In this document: piece after piece, positions 32,142 through 46,639 of the stretch
Position numbering within the stretch: the first letter of the stretch is position 1
Layout: each line of letters begins with the position of its first letter
Made by a program: the position numbers and the translations under genes
The notes under the pieces: model-generated
What the model saw: the letters and a program-made list of their open reading frames with translations, nothing else
What the model was told of the DNA's origin: nothing
Databases searched by the model: none
Assembly (NCBI GenBank): GCA_964247055.1
Contig: OZ176052.1
Coordinates: forward strand, 10,044,001 to 10,108,000
DNA: 64,000 nucleotides
DNA from: Paragordius varius
Taxonomy: Eukaryota; Animalia; Nematomorpha
Direction: 5' to 3'

Positions 32142-35100
32142 ATGTAATATACTAACTAACTGGTCCTGTGATGCGTCACAGTGACTTGTTTCAACGATAG
32201 ATAATGATTAGGCCAAATATATAGTTATATATATAATATAACTATTTATTATAAAATATTAGCAATAAGCTTAAGAATTAAAGATAAAAATTAAAATTAA
32301 TCCAATACAAAAGGGCAAAAGTTCCCAAAAGGAAGCGCGAAAATTTTGAAGAAACGACTTTAAATTTATGTTAGACATAATGTTTATTTTTATCATATAA
32401 TAATATATTTATGTCTATTTAATCAAAGACAAATATGCTAATTGAAAAATAAACCATTAATTTTTTTGAATGTAATAGCAAATTAGAATTATATCAAAAT
32501 TTTTCTAATTCAGATTTTCATATAGGATTCTTCTATTGAGTTGATTTTTAGAATATATAAATATTTCAAATCTGAAATCGCAAGGTATTCAATTGTATTA
32601 TTGCAACTCTCCAGGATAATATAAACGCATTTATTTACAAAATGCGTTTATGGATTTCAAGAGCTAAAAATGATGAATTCGTTCCGTTTCTGATCTTTAA
32701 CTCGACCTACAAAATAAATCCAATAATACATTCATTATTAATTCAGTAGTTAATAATTTGGAATTTCTTGTGGAGGAATTTGCTAAATACTTTTAAACCC
32801 TTTATATTGGTGATTTAACCTAACAATATTTTGAATATGATGTAAAAACTTAGAAGTATGGAAGAGGCATCAAAATTGAATTAGATTCAGCTTTTAAAAA
32901 TTATTTGATAATCTTAATATCGAAATATTTAGGATAAAAGCAATATGTTGCCTTACCTATTTTGATACTTTTGGAACATGTATTTTAACAGGATTTTCAG
33001 CCTTGGTTTAATTATAAAACAAAACAAATTGAATAATGAGATATCAGGTGTAAAATATCTTGTTTCCCTGATATGGAAAAAATATTTTAACACTTGCTGA
33101 AAGGATCTCATTGAATATGTTTTTTATAATAATAAATTTTGATCTTTTTTTGGAAAAAAAGGGAGGGGGGGGGCAAGAATTTTTTTCCATTTTGTGGGCG
33201 TGAACAAAAAAAGGTTGGGAATCACTTCTTTACGGGATTCGGTATTATTATAGTTACACATTATTGCTTGCTTGATTTCAAAATTGTTCCTTATTAGAGC
33301 AACTATTTTTACTAAAATTGGATTTAATATCCAAAAAATTGGTCAAAACAATTTATGATATATTTACACATAAACTGTTTACACAATGGCTATGAAAAGG
33401 TGACTGACTTGACCATCCCATTAGAAGGTATGCATATGAGGAAATACGAATCCAATAAATGTTTTATACATGATTTTATTTAAATACGTATATTTTTTCA
33501 AGGATGAAGACATTCCCGCATTAATTAACCTAGACCATTAACAAATTTATGTGCCAATATGCGTTTACCGAAAAAAACTTCAAATATTTTAAGAGAAGAT
33601 TGATTTTGCAAAAAAGGGATTTGGGGAAAAAGCTACAAGGTAATTATTCTAAAGCCTTGCCAGCGAAAAAAACAAAATAACACAGGTCTGCACGTTTTCC
33701 ATAAAATTGCTTTAGGCTAAGATCGTTCTTAACCCTTATTATCAGAAGAGGAAATGAACTAAGAGGCTTATTAACGGCCAAGTTGCCCTCGGCTATGTAA
33801 ATTAAAATTTTTACTTTAGCATATGTACACACGTTAATCGGAAAACTGCTAACTAATTTCGAAAAAATATGGGAAATAGCTTTATTTAATTATCCAAAAA
33901 ATTGATTTTTTCTATTGTATTTAGCGGTTGAAATTAATCTTAAATAATTAAAATTAATAAAATTTTTTCAAATACAGTAAGAATTTTTTTTATTAGTTAT
34001 ATAGTCCAAAAGTTTTAAAAAAGATCGGTAACATTTAGTATTAGATATTTTGGTTTTCCCGGAGATTCTGTAATAGTTCTATAAAATGACATTTGTGAGC
34101 TTATAATCAAACAAGGATGGCTTTAATTTTAAATAAGAAAATTAAAGGTGATTTACATTTATAAAATGTTATATATCATTGTATAAGTTAATATTGGGAT
34201 ATCATCCATAGGGATTCAAATGAACAACATAAAAAGAAATTTAGTGCTCTCAGTTAAATTATCAAAATGGGCCAAAATATTCATATGAATTTTCTTTGTA
34301 TCCCATAAATCAATCTATGATCATATTTCATTTTATACGATATTATATTTTATATATGAATTTTCGAAAATCCGGAATTTTTAATTTAATTTAATTTTAA
34401 ACGAAGGGTATGTACAGGTTCGTTACTAACTAAAACTTTCAACAAACTATATTAAATAAAGATAAAATTAGCGCGATAAATTATGTTATATTTATATATA
34501 AAATTCATTATTATGAGAAACCTTACTCTTTTTTGCGTTTGATGGACAGAATGGACTAACTAAGGAGAAGAAAGAGAAAAGACCTTTTTTATATACATTT
34601 TTAATATTTATTGACATAAATTAGCCATAAATCAAATAGTTTTTCTTTTTCATATTTAAAGGGGATTGATTATATACTTATACCATTCATAATTATGATT
34701 AAAAAAACCAATTATTGTTGTGTGTTGAATATGATTAAATTCGTTTTTGACTCAACTTTTTACCTAATTTATTTGTTGTATATAAAAATGAGATAAAAAT
34801 AAAAATATTACATTTCAACGCTATTTGAATTAAATTATTCAATTTTCGTCAAAACACAATCATCGGCTTTACATTGTAAGTAAATAATTGCAAAATCATA
34901 AGCGGTATAATAAATTGACCTGTTAACAAAATAATTATATATTGCATGCGGTAAAGAAAATATTTGATCAACCAACAACTTATGGTTGTGTCACAATTTT
35001 AAAATCAACCTAAATCCAATCTGATTAAAAGCTTTGTTAACAATACAGGTTAAAAATCATCAAACTCAAGTCTTTTTTAAAAAATATCCGTTTTTGTAAT

Positions 35101-36314
35101 ATTTGAATCACCGGCGGTATTGATTGAGGATTTATCCATTATATTCCTTACAAAAATATTTTTACTCAAGCTGATATTAAAATATCACTGTTTTTTAAGC
35201 AAATAATGTTAACCATTTCCATATGAAATCTAAATAATCTTTAAAAAATTACACTTTAAACTAAATAGCGATAGTTAACTATTTAAACACCCTATTTGAG
35301 TTTGTTACTCTATAACTTATTATTTTAGATTAACGTTTGTTTTATCAATCTTGTAAAAACATATCACCTGTATTATTAGATTTTGAAGCTGAGCAAGATA
35401 AAAACAAATAAAGATTAACATTTTAATCAGTCTGTATAAATTACAAACCTTTTGTAAAACTTTACAGCTTACTACTGAGTTAAAAGTCATTCATTCAATC
35501 ACCACACTCAACCGTTAAAAATTTATACAATGGTATACAAATATGAAAATGATGACAATACCAATAATGATAATATGATTATAATTTCTTTTCAAAACCT
35601 TTCCTTTACATTTATGATTTATTAACATGATGTGAAAAAGTTAAAGCCCCTAGATTCTTGCCAAACTAAAATGTCAAAGTTGTTTTTCAGTGTAAAATTT
35701 ATTTAATAATAGCAATAATAATTGGATTATTTTTGGAGTGTGTGTTTTTAATTCCAAATCTAAATTTTTCTCCATACCATGTCCCCTGTGCTAGATAATT
35801 ATTTCCACATATAATTGTCATAATTCTTTTTCAATACAAATAATAATTTAATATTTCTAAAGCCAAAGCGAAAGACATTGGCAAAAGGTCAAACTGTCAT
35901 ACATTTAATATAACCCGTAACTTCAATACATTACCAATTAAAATTTGGCAAAGGCTATATTATATTTTTGTCTGATAACATTATGGTGCACTTTGGTATT
36001 GTTGCTTTTTACTAAAAATAAATATATTGTCGTAATTTGTGTTTGATAAAAAACTTTCCTCCGCACATTTTTCTTTTGAACAAGGGACATAAATATACTC
36101 TTTATCTTAAAAATGGTATGATCTATTTTAATTTGAAATCATAAGTTGGTTGGCACTAAACTCCCCTGTTTTCCGTACTAGTCCAGTATTCAATATTTAG
36201 AAGCATATTGTAAGATATCAATATCGAGGACGATAGATATTTCAAACACACAAGTTGAGTCCTCTAAAAACTAGCATCTCATTCTTCAGTAATCATGTAG
36301 AATTTTGTGCCCGA

Positions 36315-37690
36315 AAAAGAACGGGACTGTTGAAAGTTATTGTTTGGCAAAAACATATGGTGAACATGCTCTAATAAATACATGTGAAAGGTTTCAAATA
36401 TTATAGTTTGATTTCAAGCGAATGAAGTTTTTTAAGTTAGTCATCTGAATCGGGACCCTGCCCCGAAAATATGTTTAAGATACATTATAGATTTTGCCTT
36501 CTACTGTGGAATCGGTCAAGATCTGCCTTTTAATTAAGAGGATCCATCAAAAAATAGTAAAATGGAACATTGAATTTTTCTAAACACATGGTTATTAAAT
36601 CATAAACTATTTTTGGGTCAAGATAATATATTTCAGACAGAGATAAGTTCGCTTTCTATTAAATTATATTATTTTATCAAATAATCATTTCAAGCATATA
36701 TTGAACACATATTCTTTTATCATGTCGAATTAATTTTTTTGAATTTCTACTGGTTAAATTATTACTTTTTATCGTTAACGTTCCATGTTTTTAAAACTAA
36801 TATTTCTTATCAACAACTCAATAAATAACAAACCTTTCTGATTATGGTAAAACAAACAACCAAATATCGTTAAATCGCAGGATATGCGTGATATTTTTCT
36901 TTCTTTTCAATTCTCTTAAAAGGTTTTCCCACTATTCACGGTACTGTGACAATTTATTTACCAATTGTGAGAAGGGGTGTTCCCCGTGTTGTTGTAATTA
37001 ATTTCTAGTGAAAGAGTATGGGCGCTCTGGCAGACCACGCAACTGCGAAAGGTATAAGAGTTATTGGATGATGACCCACCTTAAACTTAACAATAATTGG
37101 AGGAAGCATTACATGGTCACAAAAAACAATCAACAGATGTCTACGAGCAATAAGACAACACAATTTGAATGAATGTCAAATCGAAATCGCTAATTGATTT
37201 GAAAAATTCTGATTTATCATCAAAAAATTGTTTTTCATCGAATTGGGACGGGTGGCGGCTTTTTTGTAAATCCAAAGCGAAAAATTTAGACTCCCTGTCA
37301 AGCCTGTGGCTCCACCAGCACCAATGCTAATTCGCTTCGGAAAGACCGCTCTGTGTCTGGTGAGAACATAGCGATATTGTGTATGATACACTTTTGAAAC
37401 TCGGTGAAACCGTTTATATATAGGACTTATCGCCAACAAATGATTAATTTAAACTATGCATCGAAAAATGACTGGAATTGGCCAGAAGAAATGGTAAAGT
37501 AATATTACTACATAAGATAATCCGTCTTACACAGCAAAACCCATAAAAGACCTAATCGCTTCAATCAATCTATTTGCATCTGCAGAACTATCCTGACTTG
37601 GCGTCATCTGACTAACGAATTCGCATCAATGGTACAAACATTCGCAGAGAACTTCAATAATTTTGAAGACGTTGGATGGCTTGATAAATG
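36315..37690 (+). pseudogene. Decayed mariner (Mos1-like) transposase
   Basis: Fragments KTYGEHALINTCERFQ (36350-36398), RSGRP (~37022), FHRIGTG..FFVNPKRK, FGKTALCVW, LLKLGETV, YRQQMINLN, KVILLH..N, YPDLASSD; many stops and frameshifts. Confidence 0.85.
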
Positions 37691-38408
37691 TTTTATGTAA
37701 ATATATAATCGATTTCCTTATATAATTACATAATACTTTACTAAAATAAAAATTAATGATTACAACTGGTATATGCAACATAATTTACAGTTGTTAAGGT
37801 TTAAAGGGGTACTCAAAATAATCTTCTCCTTAAGATTCTTATAATTTAGCCGATAATTATGTCTTAGGATATTAGATAATTTAAAGCTAAAAAGATGTAA
37901 TTTACGAGATTATTGAGAAAGTAAAAAAATTAGCTATAAAATTTTATTGCTTGTGACGATTCCGTAATATATTGAAAAGGATTTCAAAACATCCTTGACC
38001 TCCGTTATGTGGACGTCAGATATTGGCACGCCGTTTTTACAGTAACATCAGATTACTGGGTGCAGGTTGGACTCCCAAACTTTATTTGTTTGTATAGTTT
38101 TACATCCGCATATAGGATATAAAATTAATTATTAATATTTTATGTCTAGGACCATTGAAACGGTACCATTGTTAATGAAAATGTTAAAATTAAAAAAAAA
38201 CATTTTCAGAAAATTCATATAAAATAGTGACGTGCTTATATGCCTTGTTAGGAAACTCAACTTTTCATCGGCAAGCCGCGGTTAGGCACGGTTTCGAAAA
38301 CCTTTTAAGCTATAAATCGGGCCAGACTGCGTGGTTACTTACTGTAGATGGGATTACAAGTAAAGGAGATATTTATTATTAGGTATTCAAAAATACAAAG
38401 TTCTAAAT

Positions 38409-38452
<44 letters not shown>

Positions 38453-38459
38453 ATAATTC

Positions 38460-39318
38460 ACCTATAAAATAATACAAAACGTCATGCAAATGAGCTATTA
38501 ATCTCTTTCGAAACGAGGGAGTAGTACATGTGAGTTACAACTATAACATCATTTACCTCTTCTAACGAAGCGGACTGGTTTCTGACGGGTTCTCGCCGGT
38601 TCCGTCTTTCCCGTATTGTTGTGGGACTCTTCGCATGTTCCTGGGTATTATTATGGTATAGACTGGTGGTTGTTGGGGTAATTGATTAGCTTTCGCCATT
38701 GGGGTTGATAGTGCTGTTTTGAGATTAAGCCGTTACAACATCATCCTTGACAGTGATTACGTCCTCATCCCTTGTGTTGCTTGATGTTGTTGGTTCTTGT
38801 TGAGTTGGTGTATGATTTGATCGGCGTTTTTCTCACGAGTTTCTCCCGGTCTTTGTCCCATACCTTGTATAAAAATAACCCTGAACGGTCCGTGATCTCT
38901 CCGGTGTGTCAACCTAGACTTTGTTCATTTTTGATTATTACTGGGTCATTAATCGCAAACTGGGAGGCCGGCGCATCTAATAATCTCGGTCTATTTAACC
39001 AGGTTAGAGGGGTATGGGGTATTCGTTTGAACATTAATTGAACCGGGTTTCTTTAGTTGTCGAGTGTAGCTCTACACCCATAGGCTAATGTTATATGGTT
39101 TACTTAACAAATTCTTAGGTGCTTCACAGCTCTTCTCATGTTTCTGGGTCCAAGACCGACCTCACCTGTTAATTATAAAGGACCGACTATCAATTTTAAT
39201 TTAGAGATAAATCGTTAATAAAATGTCTATTTCAATAATAATACACAACGCCCTTGCAATGAGCTATTAATCTCTTTCGAAACGAGGTGGATAATACATG
39301 TAAACCAAAACTATAACA
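38460..39318 (-). mobile_element. Gypsy-type LTR retrotransposon deletion derivative with two short LTRs and an integrase C-terminal remnant
   Basis: Direct repeats (AATGAGCTATTAATCTCTTTCGAAACGAGG...CTATAACA) at ~38470-38548 and ~39240-39318 start with TG on the minus strand. Purine tract AGAAGAGGTAAATGA abuts the 3' LTR. Minus-strand peptide RIPHTPLTWLNRPRLLD...FAINDPVIIKN..*HTGEI...LYKV...VRKNADQI...RRNRREPVR. Confidence 0.75.
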
Positions 39319-40888
39319 CTAACCCGAGTGTGACACTTTGTGATAGAATTCGGTTAACTTCCACATGCCAAATTATACCAATGCATGAAAACAAATATAT
39401 TTGAGTTTAAGATACGCTTCTAACTAAATGTTTAAATATATCAAATATACTTAAAAAAATTAAATCAAACTTTTAAGGTTACCCTTAAAATTAAAAACTA
39501 GACGCTGGCATTTTGAATAATATTGTATCTGTGGTTGCCCGCATTGGATTTGATTGTAGCGTTTTTAAAATTAAACTCCTAAAAAAACCCAAATATTTAT
39601 CACACGATATAGTGGTATGAATATTAAATTAATATAAAAATTTTATTAAATTTTTGTTAATTGCTGTTAGTGCAATGGTGAAATATCGGATTCCAGTTAT
39701 GACCGTTAATGATTTGATTCAACCAAGGGTAAATAGTAGGCTTATTTTCATATCAAAAATAATTTGTATAAAATTAGGCATGAAATATTGTTTCTATATG
39801 AGCATAGTTGCAATGTATTAAAAATCATTAGAAGTTTTTATAGAGTCACTGTAAATGGAATCTTTTATCAATAATGTATTCGGTTAGATAATTTTGGGTA
39901 AGGTTCATAGTAATATTTTGATAATCATTTATTTATCCAAGCAAACATATAATATTTTTTTTCCTACTTATGGCAATCAAATAAACTTAGATAAATAATT
40001 ACGACACTATTTAACCCTTAATTTTAATTCCAAGAAAATGATTTAATCTATAACCGATAGAGTATGCCAGTGTGTTATTGTATTCATTAAAATATTGTAA
40101 TTATTTTTCTAAAATGGATAATTAAATGTTATTTTGGTACATATCTTCAAATCTAATTGTGTGTGTGTCATCCTTTATGAATAGAAAATATGTTGTCACT
40201 GTTATGAAATGATTAATTTATGGATAAATAAATTAAGCTCTCGAGTCACTAAATATTTTAGTAATAATAACAATAATAATAAATATTGGAGGAAATAATG
40301 TAAAACTAACTAACTAACTGAATGAATATTTTATGTGAACAATACAAAATATAAATAATTCCATCAGAAAAAATAAAATAACCTAAAAAGAAAATAAAAA
40401 AATAAATACAGTTTTAATATAATCACGCATCGTGAATCAATTTTCGGAGACATGGATGGATATCCTTTGTATATTATGAACAAAGATATGATGAAATAGG
40501 CAATTGCTCTTTCCAACAACTTTTGTCTCAAATAATTATTTCAACACATATTATAAACATTTTTATATTTTGTTGTTAACAAATTTTAGGTTTTTTACAT
40601 AAATGAATCTGTTTATATATATATTATCATGATTATATATATAATAATAAGTATGTTCAAAGAAAATGTAAGATTTATTTTTTTTGTGTCCACATAAAAC
40701 TTTAATCCTAATGTCATCACATATCTGTATATAGTATATAAAATCTTATACTATCAATTTTATTTTACAAACTTTAAACATGTGTAATATTTAGCTAAAT
40801 TAACCATTAAAATCAATGTAGGTTTAAACTTTTTCGTTTTGTATACTCTATACTCGGTTTTTATATCAAACAATTTCTTATTTTATCA

Positions 40889-41974
40889 ATGCTACCCAAT
40901 AATAACCATAATAATAAGGGACAAAAACAACCAACTGATAAGAATGACACATCCGATAGTAAACACGTTAAGCGGCCCATGAATGCTTTCATGGTATGGA
41001 GCCGAGGTCGCCGTAAAGTCATTGCAACGCAACATCCTAAAATGCATAATTCTGAGATTAGCAAAAAACTTGGATGCGAATGGAAACTTTTGTCGGAGGT
41101 GCTGAAGAGACCATACATTGATGAAGCTAAAAGGCTTAGATTTAAACACATGAAAGAACATCCAAATTACCGTTATAAACCCAAACGAAAAGTTATAGGC
41201 TCATGTTTATTAACGACTGCTTCGGTTCAGCCAAATACGTCCTCTATCCCTAATCTAATCCTCAATAAGCAGCATCCTCCAAAAGATGTTTGTGAAGATA
41301 ATTTTCAATTCAAGGGTAGAAACATTATTTCAAATGTGGATAGAATGCGGATTTGTGAACAAATACCTAATATCGATTTTGATGCAAAGGTCTCAACTTC
41401 AAAATTGAATGACGCTTTATTCAGTCCGAGCAATGACATTCCCAAATCTAATTTGGGGCATAGTAGAAATTCGAACCTAATTAACAAAAATAATTTTACT
41501 GCACCAACATTTTCTGATATTTTTGACTCTAACCCATCGCAATTTTCTATAATGCAAACTTACCAATTCCAATATGACAGCGAGGCTTCATTATTGGCTT
41601 TTAATTCTAACCATAATGGGATTTGGAAAAATAACTATTCTAGTATTAATTTTTCTAAAACAAAGTCATATTTTCACACACCAGATATAAATACCCAACC
41701 ACCACCAAAACCGAGCTCTAGAGATTTATTTAAATCAGATTCAACATTGCAAATACAAAACCAACCCTTTGTATCAAATTGTCAAAATTATATACCATTG
41801 TGGTATTTTCAATATATTCATCGGTTGATTACCCTTCCGACTTTTTTGGTTGCTCCTCCGTATGAAATTAAAACCATGTTTATGGGTAATGAAAAAAACG
41901 TTGATATGTCGAATACTTTTGATAATTATTCCACATTCAATCAACTCTGTAATAGCTCTTTTTTACCCAGTTAA
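40889..41974 (+). CDS. SoxB: SoxB-group HMG-box transcription factor, intronless, 361 aa
   Basis: HMG box [76 protein letters not shown] in one ORF. Confidence 0.95.
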   Translation: MLPNNNHNNKGQKQPTDKNDTSDSKHVKRPMNAFMVWSRGRRKVIATQHPKMHNSEISKKLGCEWKLLSEVLKRPYIDEAKRLRFKHMKEHPNYRYKPKRKVIGSCLLTTASVQPNTSSIPNLILNKQHPPKDVCEDNFQFKGRNIISNVDRMRICEQIPNIDFDAKVSTSKLNDALFSPSNDIPKSNLGHSRNSNLINKNNFTAPTFSDIFDSNPSQFSIMQTYQFQYDSEASLLAFNSNHNGIWKNNYSSINFSKTKSYFHTPDINTQPPPKPSSRDLFKSDSTLQIQNQPFVSNCQNYIPLWYFQYIHRLITLPTFLVAPPYEIKTMFMGNEKNVDMSNTFDNYSTFNQLCNSSFLPS

Positions 41975-44900
41975 GGGGTAGTGCAAAGAGATATATTTAT
42001 AATAATAAAATTACCATAACAAATTTTAATTTAATTAAAGTTTAGGTTAAGTACATATTTATGCTATATCAAATTTAATACTTACCTCAAATTATCATTC
42101 TTTATATAATATTTGGAATTTTATGCTCCAATTATTTTTGGTCTTTAGCACAAAAACGGTGGCGAAACGCAATAATTTTAACAATTATATACATTTTAAT
42201 ATTATTAATGATGTCGCATCATATTAAAATAAATAGTTATTAACATTATTCAGGCTATCCTAAATATTGAATTGTAAAATGGTATTTTTATTAGATGTTA
42301 ATTAATCTTTCTGGTGGATTTTGGGTTAATTTATAATATTGTCATCAATGTTGCATGTGTGTAATTGTTTCTAAGGTATTAAAATTCGTTACCAAGCTTT
42401 TTTGTAGTAAGCTAAAACGACTTTTGGAGGGCATGGTGTTAAAGCGCAAAAAAATGTAGATTTTGGAAATCGCGTTAGTGTTTAAAACAAAGGCGTTAAA
42501 AATTTTTGTGATATGGAGTGTAAATGTACAAGTTTTTTATCCGTGCTATGCATTAGGGTGGAGACTGTCATCCCAAATTTGTATTGGAGTAATTTCAATT
42601 ATATTATGTTATGTATTGCACTAAAATTTTTTTTGTTTTGAAATTATTTATTTTTGATATCTAGCTATCAATTAAATAATCATAATGTGTTGTTTAAATA
42701 ATTTCTGTTTAACATCTACCACATTTTATTTTCAAATGTTTAAATTTTGCCATTAATTGATGTCAACCCTTGAAAAGTATTTAAATGATTAGGTATACTG
42801 ACCGGTAAAAAATTATAGGATGAATGCTGTTTTAAACAAATACACTGTGCAAAAAACAATTTTTTTCCATGAGATAGTTTATAACCAGCGAATTTATTTG
42901 TAATTGTGCCTATTTTTTTGAAAATTAAGAATATAATCAAAAAAATAATGATAAAACTTGACTTATTAAAATATATCATTTTATCAGATATTTAAAAATT
43001 AGCCCATAAGAGGGTTTTTGTTTTGACTCAGATCAAGAAATCGTGTTAACATAGTTATAACACATTTTTTTATAATAATAAAATAATTTTTTTAAATTAT
43101 ATATCATCTAAACTCACTATTAATATCTTAACATTCATATTTATACAGTTTAAATTTTATATATCAAAATAAAACTAAAAAATACTGTTTTTTATTTATT
43201 TTTTCATTTTTTTGTCATTTGGTTTATGAGTGTATAATAAATTGACTGTTTTATTTTGGAATCTTACATTAGCAGAAAAATCAAGGTATATAAAATTATA
43301 TACAAAATAGGATTTAGAAGGTATTGAATATCAACTAACAATACCTACAAATCCCAATAAAAATGTTAATTTATTTAAAACAAACTGTTACTGGGTGTGG
43401 ATTATTGGTGGCTATTCCACTATTTGTAAATCCTATTTTGTAATAATTTTTATACTTTAAAATGTAGGCAAACAAACAGTTAATTTATTATACACTCACC
43501 AGATGGCTTTAATTATTATAATTATCTGATAAAATAATCATAAATCTTAATATCTCAAGTTTTATCATTATTTTTTTGATTATCATTAATTAACATTTTT
43601 AAATTTTTGCTCAATTTTGATTTTCTCTTATTAAACTAGGTCGTCAAAAAATATAAATTGCGGCAACATGAATGAGATTATTCATTTTATTAGAACTGTA
43701 TTTTTTCTTGACAATTTTCAGAAATGTATTTAATAAAAATGAAAGATCTCATAGATGGCAGCAGAAATGTAAATCAAATCGAATCTCTTTTTAGCCATAT
43801 TAAAGACCGAAATCGCCTATAATAGCGCTATCATTACTCTAATTAACCAGAAAAAAACAATTGACATATTTGTAAATAATTTAATATACATTATATCTTT
43901 TTAATTATATATCAAGGCAGGGAAAATAAATATTTGTTAAGTATTGTCATTTATTTCAAAAAACGTTTTTTTCCTGCGCTTAATTTTTCATATGATTAAT
44001 AATAGCCATTAGAGTTATGTTTCATTCTTACCCAAAAATATTCCTTGTATTCTACTGTATATTAAACTTACTGTTAAGAACATTAATAAAAAAGAAAATG
44101 TAGTTTTTTATATTTTGATATTGGCGGATTTAAATTAATATAAGAATTTTCACCCATAAACAAATTCGATACTTTTCTAGTATCATAGCTATGTTGGTTT
44201 TAATCTCATATATAATGAGAATGAACTTAAAATCTATATTTGAGTGTCAACAAAAAAGATTTTAATGAAATTGCGTTGAGTTTGATTTGGCCCTATTATA
44301 GCCTTTTATAATCCCACGATATTTTCGAATCCTTTAAGTTTGATCCCAAAATTAGTTCGAGAATATAATTTCAGGGTTAGCAATTATATTTAGTAAAATT
44401 AAAATATTAAAGTATTTGCAAGTAGAAATACATTCTCCTCATGTATTATGCAAAATATTAAGCCTTCTCTTGTCAACAATAATAAATTTTCCGATTTTGA
44501 CCTCTATGTTTGTTCGTTTAACTTAAAATAGTCAAATTTATCCACAATGGCATAACATAGCAAAAACAATACACAATATAGGTTGTGTCTTATGAATATT
44601 CAAAGGATGTCACTGATTTCCTCTTATTTTAATATGGTTATATATTAGGGAAGGCTGTTTTATTCCAAAAATTAAATCTATTTTATGTTTCGAAAAATCG
44701 TGCATATGCAAACAAATTGAATTTGCATTGAGATATTAGTTCTATGATTAACCTATTAATATGCTTAATATTTGCATAATACCTAATTAATTTATACAGT
44801 TTAAATAAAATGAAAAACAGTTTTTTTCTCTTTAAAAACACCAAAACAATCAGAAAATAACTATTATTTAACTGAAGTGAAATTGACAGATACAGTCTTA

Positions 44901-45419
44901 TTTATGTTTTTAGGGATTTCACGAGCTGCAATACGGATTTCCAAGATCCGTGAAAATGGAAATCCCATAAATATAAAACATGCGTGAAAAATAATCTATA
45001 TTTCCTTAATGAAATTTACAGGGGAATTGATGACTCCACTTCTCAGTAATTGTTTTACATTGTAAATTTGTAGTTTTCTATTTTTTTAAAAAAAAATTCA
45101 AAATGTAATAATATAGGCAAATATTAAAAAGATTCGACCATTTTTTTCATACTTTACTGGTATGAATAAAAACGGTAGTTGACGCCGAATAATATTATAC
45201 TATAAAGGTTGATTTCTAGCTTCTCTATCAATTTAATCGCTAAATGCTTTTCCGATCATTTTATTCTTAAAGAGAAACTCAGAAAATTATTTATTTCACA
45301 AAAATCTTAAACAAGATAATGACGATTGACTAAATTTTGATCTTTTTAGACTATTTTATAATTGTTAAGCTTTTACCGTTGATGATACAGCTAAACAAAA
45401 TGTGAAATATATATATTAG

Positions 45420-45958
45420 CACTTGGAAAGACATTTATTTCAGTCCTTCGATTTGAATTGAGGTATTGGATACCGTTGGCCCAAAATTAAATACTTTAAA
45501 AAATATGGGAATCGAAACCATGGCAAAAGTTTGCACCTATTTACATTAACGAACCGAAATATAAAAAAATCATTCAAAATAATTGATATTTTATTTGAAG
45601 ACAAGACCCAATGGTGAAAATCAACATGTGTGCATTAGCTAAATATAAAAATATTAACAAAATAAACCACTTTTTTTGATTTCATCAACGTTATAAGTAA
45701 TTTAAATAAAAATTTGATTTTAGCTTTAAAATTAATTAAACATGATATTTTGCAAAGTTGCAAAATAAAAATGGCGTCGACAGAGTTTGATATGGAACTT
45801 TTTTTGAAAACTTAATTTTATCTAGATGTCTCAGCTTAGTTATATAATTTTTATTATGGAAGCATAAATTTAAAATTAAATCGTTTCTCTCAGTAGTTTT
45901 TTAAATTATCATCTTAAATATATCTGGGGTATTTATATATCCCAATTTAAATCGAAGT
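45420..45958 (+). mobile_element. piggyBac-like non-autonomous element, copy 2 (more degenerate)
   Basis: TTAG|CACTTGGAAAGACATT..CAGTCCTTCGATTTGAATTG...AAAAATGGCGTCGA...CCCAATTTAAATCGAAG, colinear with 52936-53516. Confidence 0.7.
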
Positions 45959-46639
45959 TAATTAAGAGCAAATTCTCACAAAGGCCTGCGCGCGGTTTAC
46001 AGATAGCCTGGATAAAAGAGTTTACATATTTATTTAAACCCATTATTTTCTATCCTGGTCCACATTTTTTTACTTTTATTGCTAGGGCAAGCGTAAATAT
46101 TTTAATCGCTGATTGGATCTATATAATCCAGGATTCAATATTTTTGAAATTATTGCTTTCTATTAGGTAGAATATGTTGTAATGTACCCAGCATATGCGG
46201 CTCCTGGTGGATGAATTGCTTATGGCACCTCTTTATTTAATTACAGACTTCTATAAGAGGTAGTTGACTACAGCAAGTGATTGAAACCGACTAAATATTT
46301 AAATTTCAATCCAGGCCACTATATATATAAAACTATTTACCCCAAATTCTCCTTGAACATTTAAATTACCATTGATTTAAAATTTCCCTAAAAATATATG
46401 TGTTGAAAATAAATTTCCTATATAAATTTTTTATAAAATAAACTTTTGTTTAATGTTAACATAATTCAGAAAAACTGATAAAAATGATAAAATATGCTTA
46501 ACAGTATTATATGTTAGTATCTTTTTAACATAGATAAAAAAGCCTGCTTTTTTTAGGGAGAATTCGAAAATGTTCATGAATACGAATTGTTCAAGTGTGT
46601 ATATATATACACTGTACCCACAAAAGTTGAACCATATCA

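Noticed and set aside
33195-33230. AAAAAGGTTGGGAATCACT, a hAT-like terminus
   Set aside because: No matching opposite end or TSD found.
40305-40320. (TAAC)n run as telomeric repeat
   Set aside because: Only about 3.5 units; an ordinary microsatellite.
40861-41487. Minus-strand ORFs overlapping SoxB (similarly 13044, 13730, 20623, 59119, 60064)
   Set aside because: Antisense shadows of real coding exons.
46140-46260. GC-richer segment with short open frames after a TAG acceptor-like site
   Set aside because: Frames are short and unrecognisable; no supportable gene or RNA call.
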